From Promethearchaeati archaeon SRVP18_Atabeyarchaeia-1 (lineage in GTDB: Archaea > Asgardarchaeota > Atabeyarchaeia > Atabeyarchaeales > Atabeyarchaeaceae): DNA of 64,000 nucleotides. Positions 18,795 through 26,989 of the stretch are shown here, piece by piece. Where the stretch lies: the NCBI GenBank assembly GCA_037308085.1, contig CP147779.1, positions 224,001 to 288,000 of the forward strand, in the 5' to 3' direction. Position 1 is the first letter of the stretch; the number at the start of each line of letters is the position of its first letter. The position numbers and the translations under genes are program-made. The notes below the pieces were generated by a model. That model ran no database searches. It was not told the origin of the DNA and saw nothing but the letters and a program-made list of their open reading frames with translations.

Positions 18795-18999
18795 ATGGCG
18801 CGGAACAAACCGCTTGGAAAGAAATTGAGGTTGGGTCGTGCATTGAAGGAGAACAGGTCTGTCCCAACGTGGATTTCCCCTTGAACTCAGGTCGATGAGT
18901 GACTCAGTTTCAGAGGACCATTGAGTTGTGAAGACCAACAGGAAAGTCAGAACGCATCCTGGAAGGAGAAACTGGCGCAGTTCCAGTGTGAAACCTTAG
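18795..18999 (+). CDS. rpl39e: Ribosomal protein L39e, split by a BHB intron (exons 18795-18874 and 18924-18999)
   Basis: Spliced product [51 protein letters not shown] (51 aa); AGGTGA RBS; canonical position between PDCD5 and rpl31e. Confidence 0.95.
18875..18923 (+). other. 49-nt archaeal-type (BHB) mRNA intron
   Basis: CAAC/GTTG outer stem, GTGG/CCAT 4-bp helix, 3-nt bulges ATT and TGA, TCC/GGA inner stem; contains in-frame TGA at 18882. Confidence 0.88.
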
Positions 19000-19020
19000 G
19001 CAAAGGAGATGTGTCCCGAA

Positions 19021-19383
19021 ATGTCATCTGAAAAGGGCAAGCGTGCCGAGAAAGCAGAGTTGGCAAAGGAAGAGGCAAAGCCAAAGTCTATGGTGCCTGG
19101 GGAAACAGAGAGTAAGCCCGTTGCACCTGAGCACATGGAAGAGAGGCTCTACACGGTTCCTTTGGGAAAAACCCGCTATGCGCCGTACTACAAGAGATCT
19201 ACCAGGGCAATCCGCCTGATCAGGATCTTCTTCACCCGACATATGAAAGCTGAGAGAGTTATCATCACTAAGGATCTGAATGAAGCGATCTGGGCTAATG
19301 GGATCAGAAATCCTCCGAGAAGAGTAAAGGTTCGCGCCACAAAAGACGATGAAGGGAACGTCACTGTATATCCCGTTGAGTGA
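19021..19383 (+). CDS. rpl31e: Ribosomal protein L31e with charged N-terminal extension
   Basis: ERLYTVPL, LNEAIWANGIRNPPRRVKV. Confidence 0.96.
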   Translation: MSSEKGKRAEKAELAKEEAKPKSMVPGETESKPVAPEHMEERLYTVPLGKTRYAPYYKRSTRAIRLIRIFFTRHMKAERVIITKDLNEAIWANGIRNPPRRVKVRATKDDEGNVTVYPVE

Positions 19384-19464
19384 AATCCAGACATAACCCC
19401 ATTTCTTCTGCTAAATGTATCTTCCTCAGTATTTACTTTCTTCCCGTTGGCGGTGAGACGGTAA

Positions 19465-20133
19465 TTGTCCGTTGAGCGACTTGACTTCTTAGGCAACCCG
19501 AGTATCGGCGTGTACTCGCTGGCGGGAGAGGCATGTATTCTAGTTCCGCTTGGCCTTCCAGCTAAAACCATGAGAATCATGGAGCGAGTGCTCAATGTCA
19601 AAGCCATTGAGGCGAAGATCTGCCAGACTACTCTGCTTGGAATAATGATCGTGGGAAATTCCAATTCGATGATCGTACCGTATCTAGCCTCAGATGACGA
19701 AATCGAGTTTCTACAGGGTTCTCTGGGCGTCAAAGTATCTAGGTTGACAACCAACCTGACAGCGTTAGGAAACATAATACTGGCGAACGACAACGGCGCG
19801 ATAGTCCACCCAAAGCTTAGGGAGATCACGATGAAGTCTATCGAATCCATCTTGGGAGTCAAAGTGGTAGCAGGGAGGATAGGCGGAACTGGTCTCGTAG
19901 GTTCTTCCGCAGTAGCCACGAATAAAGGTGCGCTTGCCAGTCCGCGTGCAACTGATGAGGAACTTGACAAGATCAGCGAGGTACTGGGCGTCCCGACAAG
20001 CGTCGGCAGCGTAAACCGAGGAGTCACATATGTCAGGTCTGGGCTTATAGTAAATTCCCATGGGGCAATCGCGGGACGAGAAACTACGGGTCCGGAGCTT
20101 GACAGGATAGAGGAAGCCTTCGAACTGATATGA
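19465..20133 (+). CDS. eif6: Translation initiation factor 6
   Basis: GNPSIGVY, ALGNIILAND, GSVNRG, GRETTGPEL. Confidence 0.97.
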   Translation: MSVERLDFLGNPSIGVYSLAGEACILVPLGLPAKTMRIMERVLNVKAIEAKICQTTLLGIMIVGNSNSMIVPYLASDDEIEFLQGSLGVKVSRLTTNLTALGNIILANDNGAIVHPKLREITMKSIESILGVKVVAGRIGGTGLVGSSAVATNKGALASPRATDEELDKISEVLGVPTSVGSVNRGVTYVRSGLIVNSHGAIAGRETTGPELDRIEEAFELI

Positions 20134-20258
20134 CTCAAGTCGAGGGACTCCGGGAAGCCTTAAAAAGAGTTTATGTCACTTCCATCTGTAACCTTTGTTC
20201 AGACATGTTGCTATTCCTTCGAATGATCACAGATAGAATCTGGTAGGTAGAATAAGAC

Positions 20259-20453
20259 ATGGAAGTAAAGACCTATAACATCTCAGGCTTTTTCACAAAG
20301 GGCAGCGTTCGCCAGAGGTTCTCCACACAGGCTTGTGGCACCAAAAAGGAAGAAGCCATAGAAGGAGTATTGTCAGAGATTGGCGGAAGGTTCAAGGTCA
20401 AAAGAACCAAAGTTAACATCGAGAAAATCGAGGAAGCCAAACCAGATAAATAA
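20259..20453 (+). CDS. rplX: Ribosomal protein LX (L18ae/eL20)
   Basis: EEAIEGVLSEIGGRFKVKRTKVNIEKIEE; synteny. Confidence 0.9.
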   Translation: MEVKTYNISGFFTKGSVRQRFSTQACGTKKEEAIEGVLSEIGGRFKVKRTKVNIEKIEEAKPDK

Positions 20454-20549
20454 TGAACTACCTCAAGCATTTCGTTAACATGTGGGAAGAAAACCAGGTA
20501 CCATTCTGAGATTAACTGCTTATTGAATAAGGTGGAGGTCTATTTTCGC

Positions 20550-20981
20550 TTGTCCGAGACTGAGGCGAAGTACCAGAAGCTCTTATCAGAACTAAGGTTG
20601 TCAGAAGATCAGTTGAGCGATGTGCAGTCTCGCCTTGAAATAATATCATCGCAGATACAAGAGCACATCAATGCAGGGGCGACAATGAACAACTTGAAAG
20701 ATGAGCAGGGGCGCGAAGCACTGATCCCAATCGGAGCCCAAGTCTACATTCGAGGATCCGTTAGTGACACGAGTAGGGTGCTGATCGGTCTTGGCGCGGG
20801 GATATCGGTTGAGAAGACCGTTGATTCGGCCAACGCTGAGCTCCAATCTAGAATTGCCAACATGCAGAAGATAATTGTAAGCCTTCGTGATGAATACGCA
20901 AAGCTTGCGGAGAAAGTCAGTACACTGCGAGCTCAACTCGGGGATACCGCCCAACAGATACTGAAAGACAGAGACAAATGA
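20550..20981 (+). CDS. pfdA: Prefoldin alpha subunit
   Basis: Coiled coil-beta hairpins-coiled coil; LIPIGAQVY, VLIGLGAGISVEK. Confidence 0.93.
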   Translation: MSETEAKYQKLLSELRLSEDQLSDVQSRLEIISSQIQEHINAGATMNNLKDEQGREALIPIGAQVYIRGSVSDTSRVLIGLGAGISVEKTVDSANAELQSRIANMQKIIVSLRDEYAKLAEKVSTLRAQLGDTAQQILKDRDK

Positions 20982-21164
20982 GCTGCTCTGGCGCTCACAG
21001 AAGCTCTCATTAGAAAGGATGGGTGTCGATTTGATACAAATTAGAGGTGAACCGCTAGCAGGCGGTCGCACAGTAACCTTTGTTCGCTAGTTCTTCCGGC
21101 GACGGAAAGCAAGCTTGGCTTGCGTTCGTCCATGAGTATCACTGCAGAAGGGGCTCAGAAGCCT

Positions 21165-22082
21165 ATGTTCGACAAATTGAAAGAGGCAGTCGGAAAGTTC
21201 GTCTCCTCGATAGGAAAGAAGGAGCTGAATGAGAAGAGGCTTGATGAGTCTCTTCAGGACTTACAAGTCATGTTGGTTGGGAATGATGTATCCCTGAAAG
21301 TTGCCGAAGCAATTTGTGAGGACGTGAAGAAGAAGCTGCTAGGCGGTAAGGTCAGCCTTCTTGAAAATGTCAGGAAGATCGTTCTCAAAGCCCTCAGTGA
21401 CACAATCACCGACATCCTAGATCAAGGCGGAAAGGTTGACATCATTAAGCTTGCAGATGAGAAGAAGAAAAAGGGAATGCCACTGATCATAATGGCCGTC
21501 GGAATCAACGGTACGGGAAAAACAATTACTATCTCCAAGCTCGCCTACTTGTTTAAGAAGAAAGGTCTTAGTTGTGTTTTGGCTGCTTCTGATACTTTCA
21601 GGGCTGGTAGCATAGAGCAGTTGGAGAAGCATGGTGAGGCAATTGGAGCGAGGGTAATCAAACATAGTTATGGTGCAGACGCTGCATCGGTGGCTTGGGA
21701 TGCGGTCGAACACGCACGAGCGCAACATGTGAATGTTGTTCTTATTGACACAGCGGGAAGAATGCAGACTAACAAAAACCTTCTTGATGAGATGGAAAAG
21801 ATTCATCGAGTCGTAAAACCAGATCTAGTGATTTTCATTGGTGATGCTCTCGCAGGTAACGACGCGGTCGAACAAGCAGATAAGTTTAACCAGAAGGTTC
21901 AGATTGACGGGAGTATTCTGACGAAGGTCGACGCGGATGTCAAAGGCGGTGCGGCCATCTCAATAACGTACGTGACGAAGCGACCAATACTCTTTGTCGG
22001 GGTGGGTCAGAGCTACGGGGATCTTGAGGCTTTTGAGCCAAAGTGGTTCGTTCAGAAGATATTTGGAGTAGGTCAGAAGTAG
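21165..22082 (+). CDS. ftsY: SRP receptor GTPase FtsY
   Basis: GINGTGKT, DTFRAGS, DTAGR, TKVD..KGG. Confidence 0.97.
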   Translation: MFDKLKEAVGKFVSSIGKKELNEKRLDESLQDLQVMLVGNDVSLKVAEAICEDVKKKLLGGKVSLLENVRKIVLKALSDTITDILDQGGKVDIIKLADEKKKKGMPLIIMAVGINGTGKTITISKLAYLFKKKGLSCVLAASDTFRAGSIEQLEKHGEAIGARVIKHSYGADAASVAWDAVEHARAQHVNVVLIDTAGRMQTNKNLLDEMEKIHRVVKPDLVIFIGDALAGNDAVEQADKFNQKVQIDGSILTKVDADVKGGAAISITYVTKRPILFVGVGQSYGDLEAFEPKWFVQKIFGVGQK

Positions 22083-22278
22083 TGTGAAGTTATGTGGTGG
22101 CATCTACCATTATGCCTAGCCGTGAACTTGCTGACCTCAGAATTTCGATTCTGTGAAGTTGAATGAGAATCCTTTCCTGTTGTTTCGGGCTTAATAATTG
22201 GCGAAAAGTGATAGTCAGATTTAATTGAATATCTGTCGTTATTCTCGAACAATGCCCCAAAGAGGGGTCTGAGAGGTC

Positions 22279-23220
22279 GTGTTGGAATTGAACATGAAAG
22301 GCAGACATCTGTTAACCATGCAGGAGTTTAATCGGGAAGAGGTCCACCTTATCCTCGATCAGGCCTATGAATTCAAGAAGAGAAGATATGCTGGCGAGCA
22401 TCTAACAAATATCCTTCAGAACCGATCAATTGCAATGATATTTGAGAAGCCCTCAACCAGGACTCGGGTGAGCACAGAGGTCGCAGTAACAGAACTTGGC
22501 GGCAAATCATTATACCTGAGCGCAAACGATATCCAGCTTACCAGGGGAGAGACAATTGAGGACACTGCAAGGGTTTTGACAAGATATGTCAGTGGCATCG
22601 TGGCGAGACTTGGATCTCATGATACTATCCTTAAACTCGCTGAGAACTCTCGAGTACCAGTCATAAACGCGTTGACCCCAATGCATCACCCAATGCAGAT
22701 ACTTGCAGACTTAATGACAATCAAGGAGAAGAAGGGCAAACTAGAGGGGCTGAAACTAGCGTTTGTGGGAGATGGAAACAATATCTGCCATTCGCTCCTG
22801 ATTGGATGTAGCATAGTTGGCATGAACATAAGCGTTGGAACCCCCCGCGGATACGGACCCAGCCAAGAGATTGTCAAGGTTGCCCAGGACTACGCAGAAT
22901 CCAGCGGGTCAGATATTGCGGTCATAAATGATCCAGTGGAAGCAGTCAAAGATGCTGACGTAATCTATACTGACGTATTTGTATCCATGGGGCAAGAAGC
23001 AGAAGCCCAGGAACGTCTAAGAGCATTCCCACCCTTCCAAGTCAACAGGAAACTGACTTCGAATGCCAGCGAAGGATACATATTCCTGCATTGTCTACCT
23101 GCTCACCGAGGACAAGAGGTCGCAACTGACGTAATCGATGACCCAGAACATTCTGCCGTATGGGATGAGGCTGAGAATAGGCTACACGTTGCGAAGAGCA
23201 CCCTTGCCCTTCTGATATGA
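22279..23220 (+). CDS. argF: Ornithine carbamoyltransferase
   Basis: FEKPSTRTR, HPMQ, SMG, HCLP, ENR. Confidence 0.96.
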   Translation: MLELNMKGRHLLTMQEFNREEVHLILDQAYEFKKRRYAGEHLTNILQNRSIAMIFEKPSTRTRVSTEVAVTELGGKSLYLSANDIQLTRGETIEDTARVLTRYVSGIVARLGSHDTILKLAENSRVPVINALTPMHHPMQILADLMTIKEKKGKLEGLKLAFVGDGNNICHSLLIGCSIVGMNISVGTPRGYGPSQEIVKVAQDYAESSGSDIAVINDPVEAVKDADVIYTDVFVSMGQEAEAQERLRAFPPFQVNRKLTSNASEGYIFLHCLPAHRGQEVATDVIDDPEHSAVWDEAENRLHVAKSTLALLI

Positions 23221-23361
23221 GTCGGGCTAGACCTCCCATAATTTAAATATGCTAACTCCTCTAATACTGAATAATCAGCCTAGTTTCACGTGAACGTTCA
23301 TCAAGCCGGCGTAAAATGACCGGCTAAGAGCAGAAGAAATGAAGTAAAAGGTGATCATGTC

Positions 23362-23538
23362 GTGGTAAGTATAAGAGGATTCATTGCACAATCCAGACGG
23401 ATACTAGCACTAGCCAAGAAGCCGACTGGACACGAGGTAAGGCTTACAACGAGAGTATGCGCATTGGGAATGATACTCATAGGCCTTCTAGCCTTTGTGA
23501 TCCATCTTGTCTTCATCGTCATAGGCTTCCACCCATGA
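23362..23538 (+). CDS. secE: Protein translocase SecE/Sec61gamma (missed by the ORF track)
   Basis: GTG start after GGTGA; RRILALAKKPT..E followed by one TM helix; upstream of spt5. Confidence 0.92.
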   Translation: MVSIRGFIAQSRRILALAKKPTGHEVRLTTRVCALGMILIGLLAFVIHLVFIVIGFHP

Positions 23539-23653
23539 AAAGCGAGCTCGCTAGTCCCAGAACCGACTTCGGCGAGGCTCGTCTCTGCCATGACATAGTG
23601 TGACGTGAAGATTCGATGTTATCCCGATCAGAGAGTAGGAGAACTGATGCTCT

Positions 23654-24178
23654 ATGCCAGAAAAAGGAGACGGCGAAACCACGGTCTTTGTAGTAAGAAC
23701 GACAATAGGACAAGAGAGCAATGTAGCAGCTCTTCTTGAGGCTCAGGCAACGAACCGGAAGCTCCCCATAAGGGCCATCTTGGTTCCTGATGGTGTCAAA
23801 GGCTATGTTTTTGTTGAAGCGTCTGAGCATCGAATTGTAGAGCAAGCAGTTTCAGGGATAGCCCACGTTAGAGGAGGAACAATTGGCAAGGTAACTGAGG
23901 AAGAGATAAATCGCTATCTGGTTCCAAAGAAACCGACAGAGGGTCTTGCCATCAGCGACATCGTCGAGATTACAGGTGGACCGTTCAAGGGTGAAAAAGC
24001 CCGCGTTGGGAAAATAGATGGCGAGAAAGAGGAGGTTGTGCTTGAACTCCTAGAAACGCCGTATAATCCTATACCGGTGAAAGTCAAAGCAGACTATGTG
24101 AGAATAGTAGAGAAAGGACAACCCACCAAAGAAAAGGCTGAGGAGGAAGAGGAAGAAGAGGAAGAAGGGTTTGCTTGA
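23654..24178 (+). CDS. spt5: Transcription elongation factor Spt5/NusG
   Basis: GQE, KGYVFVEA, KOW VEITGGPFKGE; acidic tail. Confidence 0.97.
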   Translation: MPEKGDGETTVFVVRTTIGQESNVAALLEAQATNRKLPIRAILVPDGVKGYVFVEASEHRIVEQAVSGIAHVRGGTIGKVTEEEINRYLVPKKPTEGLAISDIVEITGGPFKGEKARVGKIDGEKEEVVLELLETPYNPIPVKVKADYVRIVEKGQPTKEKAEEEEEEEEEGFA

Positions 24179-24353
24179 AGGTCCATGTGAGGCTCTGCTG
24201 CATTGGGGAAGTAACGAGCGAGATTCTCGCATGGGAAAACCTTTATTATTTCATTGCATAATGAACTACAGTACTTACGCCTATTATTCGTTTACTTGAA
24301 TTGGCTCCACGAAATGTCCTAGGAAAGCAACTACTATATCGATGTGATTAGGA

Positions 24354-24845
24354 ATGGGTAAGAAGGCTACTGTCAGCGCACTAGTCGAAGGCGGAAAAGC
24401 ATCCGCAGGTCCACCTATAGGGCCGGCATTGGGACCAACGGGCGTTAACCTATACCAGGTCGTCCAGAAGATTAATGAGACTACTAAGGATTTCGCAGGT
24501 CTCAGGGTTCCAGTGAAGATAACGGTCGACACGGAAACGAAGGCGTTCGATGTCGAAGTGGGGTTGCCTCCCACGTCCGCCCTGATCCTTCGCGAGGCGA
24601 AGCAACCAAAAGGTAGCGGGAAACCCGGAGAGCAGAAGGTAGCGGATCTAAGCTTTGACCAGATTGTTAAGGTGGCGAAAATAAAGAAGGACTCTCTTAT
24701 GACTACTGACATTAAGAGAGCTGTGAGGGCAGTCCTTGGAACCTGCATAAGTACAGGAGTGACTGTCGATGGCAAGGATTGCAGGGTTGTCCAGAAAGAG
24801 CTACTCGAGGGTAAGTACGATGATCAACTTTCAAAGGAAAGCTGA
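24354..24845 (+). CDS. rpl11: Ribosomal protein L11
   Basis: GGKASAGPPIGPALG, VPVKI, PPTSALI. Confidence 0.97.
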   Translation: MGKKATVSALVEGGKASAGPPIGPALGPTGVNLYQVVQKINETTKDFAGLRVPVKITVDTETKAFDVEVGLPPTSALILREAKQPKGSGKPGEQKVADLSFDQIVKVAKIKKDSLMTTDIKRAVRAVLGTCISTGVTVDGKDCRVVQKELLEGKYDDQLSKES

Positions 24846-24878
24846 TGAAGCTTAACCTGTAACGATCAACATGGCTGA
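24842..24878 (+). ncRNA. Candidate short box C/D sRNA overlapping the rpl11 stop
   Basis: TGATGA (includes the stop codon)...CTGA. Confidence 0.25.
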
Positions 24879-24921
24879 CCATTAGAATTCTGGATCTAGT
24901 TTCTTGGGGGTAAATTGAAGG

Positions 24922-25569
24922 TTGCCAGCAATCGACAAGGAAGCCGTAAACAAAGCATTGAAGAAAATCAGAGAATCTGCGACAAAGAGAAAGTTCAAGC
25001 AGTCAATCGACTTGACTGTTAATCTAAAGGATGTCGATCCTTCTAAACCTGAATCCAAGATCAACCTTGAAGTACCTCTGCCTAAGCCAGTGCCAAAGCC
25101 TGTCAAGATCTGTGCACTCGTATACGGAGACACGGCAGTGAGGGCAAAAGAAGGCGGAGTCGACAAGGTGGTGGAACGTGAAGAGATCGAGTCTCTGGGA
25201 GCTGACAAGAAGAAGGCAAGGAAGCTTGCATCACAGTTTGACTTCTTCATAGCCCGATCCGACATGATGTCACTTATCGGCAAGAACTTGGGACCTGTCC
25301 TTGGACCCAGAGGAAAGATGCCTACGCCCGTATCACCAACTGCTAACTTGGCGCCAGTGATCGAGAGACTGAAACGAGTTGTTAAGCTCAAGATCGGCCG
25401 GGTTCCTAGCCTGCACATGAGAGTGGGCACAGAGACCATGAAGGATGAGGATATAACGGAGAATGTTCAAGCGGTGTTGGATGCTCTCATAGGCAAACTC
25501 GAAAGAGGTGACAGAAACATAAGGTCAGTCTACCTCAAGGAAACGATGGGACCATCAGTCAGGGTATAG
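24922..25569 (+). CDS. rpl1: Ribosomal protein L1
   Basis: RKFKQSIDL, LGPRGKMP, KETMGP. Confidence 0.97.
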   Translation: MPAIDKEAVNKALKKIRESATKRKFKQSIDLTVNLKDVDPSKPESKINLEVPLPKPVPKPVKICALVYGDTAVRAKEGGVDKVVEREEIESLGADKKKARKLASQFDFFIARSDMMSLIGKNLGPVLGPRGKMPTPVSPTANLAPVIERLKRVVKLKIGRVPSLHMRVGTETMKDEDITENVQAVLDALIGKLERGDRNIRSVYLKETMGPSVRV

Positions 25570-25625
25570 ATTTGAGAAACGCTTATAATTGAAACGGAAA
25601 ATGATGTCAAGGGTAGTGATCGCCA

Positions 25626-26432
25626 ATGACTACGGCATCGAGAGATTCAAAGACACATCCAGTAAAGAAGACTCAGCAGGTGGCAGAGCTCACGGGTCTC
25701 ATAGAGCAGTCCAACGTAATCGGCATAGTTAAGATCAGCAACATAGGAACCAGACAGCTTCAAGGCATCAAACGTAGTCTAAGCGGACAGGCTGCAGTCA
25801 AAGTTGTTAAGAACACCCTAGTGAAAAAGGCAGCAGAGAATGTAGATGGTAAGAAGCATGGTATTGAGCTGCTGACACCTTTGTTAAGTGGGCAGAACGC
25901 CTTCATATTCACGAATATGAGCCCATACAAGCTCGCGATGATTTTCTCCAAGAGCAAAGTCAAGGCGCCAGCAAAAGCTGGTAGCATAGCTCTAAATGAT
26001 GTCGTAGTTCCGGCAGGGAACACCGGCTTCACCCCTGGTCCGATAATAAGCCAGCTAGGTGAAGTCAAGCTACCTACCCGTGTAGAGGGAGGATCCATCT
26101 GGATCACCCGAGATACTGTTGTCGCTGCAAAAGGCGAGAGAATATCTCAAACCCTAGCTATCATCCTTTCAAGGCTCGGAATAGAACCCTTTGAGGTTCA
26201 ACTTCGCCTAGCCTCGGCTTACGATAATGGGGAAATCTTGCCTGCTAGTGTGCTCGACCTAGATGAGGAAAAGATGGTCAATGAATTGCGTGAAGCGTAC
26301 AGATCTGCTATCAATCTGTCAGTCTACGCAGGCATAGTCAATTCCGACACAATAACAATGTTTCTAGCCAAGGGTGAAAGAGAAGCCACGGCGATACAAA
26401 AGATGATTGAGGGCAAGGCAGTAGCAAAATGA
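25626..26432 (+). CDS. rpl10: Ribosomal protein L10/P0 (short, no acidic tail)
   Basis: KVVKNTL, PAKAG, PAGNTGFTPGP, LGIEPF. Confidence 0.95.
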   Translation: MTTASRDSKTHPVKKTQQVAELTGLIEQSNVIGIVKISNIGTRQLQGIKRSLSGQAAVKVVKNTLVKKAAENVDGKKHGIELLTPLLSGQNAFIFTNMSPYKLAMIFSKSKVKAPAKAGSIALNDVVVPAGNTGFTPGPIISQLGEVKLPTRVEGGSIWITRDTVVAAKGERISQTLAIILSRLGIEPFEVQLRLASAYDNGEILPASVLDLDEEKMVNELREAYRSAINLSVYAGIVNSDTITMFLAKGEREATAIQKMIEGKAVAK

Positions 26433-26471
26433 TGAAGTGACCGACATCGGCGGGCTATGGATCTGGACTGA
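26429..26471 (+). ncRNA. Candidate box C/D sRNA overlapping the rpl10 stop
   Basis: ATGATGA...CTGA; internal CCGACATCG is antisense to the conserved 23S CGAUGUCGG. Confidence 0.45.
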
Positions 26472-26588
26472 CAGAAGCCAGCGCATCATGATTTCGACCT
26501 TCCCTCCAAAAAACTTTAAATATGAACCGTCTAATCATTCTGCATAAGTTAGCGTCTCTGTTTGAAAGTCAATAAGGTGAAGTTCAGC

Positions 26589-26876
26589 ATGGAAAGCATC
26601 TACGCATCGTTACTCCTGCACAAAGCCGGACAGAAGGTCACAGAAGACAAGATAGAGAAGATACTGCAAGCGGCAGGCGTGAATTTCGACAAAGCAAAGA
26701 TCAAGGCCACTGTAGCAGCATTGGAAGGCATCAATATTGAGGAAGCAGTGAAGACGGCAGCGATCGCGGCGGTTGCAGCACCAGAAGCAGGAACACACAA
26801 GAAGGAAGAAAAGAAGAAAGAGGAAGAGAAAAAAGAAGAAGAAGCGGTTGCTGGGCTATCGGCTCTTTTCGGCTAG
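26589..26876 (+). CDS. rpl12: Ribosomal stalk protein L12/P1
   Basis: [11 protein letters not shown]...[13 protein letters not shown]. Confidence 0.97.
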   Translation: MESIYASLLLHKAGQKVTEDKIEKILQAAGVNFDKAKIKATVAALEGINIEEAVKTAAIAAVAAPEAGTHKKEEKKKEEEKKEEEAVAGLSALFG

Positions 26877-26989
26877 GATGAATATCTCGAGCCCAGAAAG
26901 TGCGTCATTCTTGGCGCCGAGTATCGGTTGCCAGAATTCATTTCTTCTGTAACTATTGCCACAACTTGGCAGGATCCCGACACTCAAGT

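Noticed and set aside
18876-18924. rpl39e as a simple pseudogene or programmed frameshift
   Set aside because: Both halves are intact, and EndA-rule cleavage of the BHB restores the exact length and frame; a frameshift would leave about 16 extra codons and must pass a stop
19188-20138. 316-aa antisense ORF and other shadow ORFs
   Set aside because: They lie opposite well-conserved genes (eIF6, rpl11, rpl1, ftsZ) and have no motifs
21017-21131. tRNA-Sec or SRP RNA
   Set aside because: No TTCRA T-loop, no TCA anticodon loop, no SRP helix-8 motif, too short for archaeal SRP RNA
23543-24235. Long hairpins after secE (23543-23582) and spt5 (24182-24235) as BHB processing sites
   Set aside because: Bulge geometry is not 3-4-3; most likely ordinary 3' stem-loops
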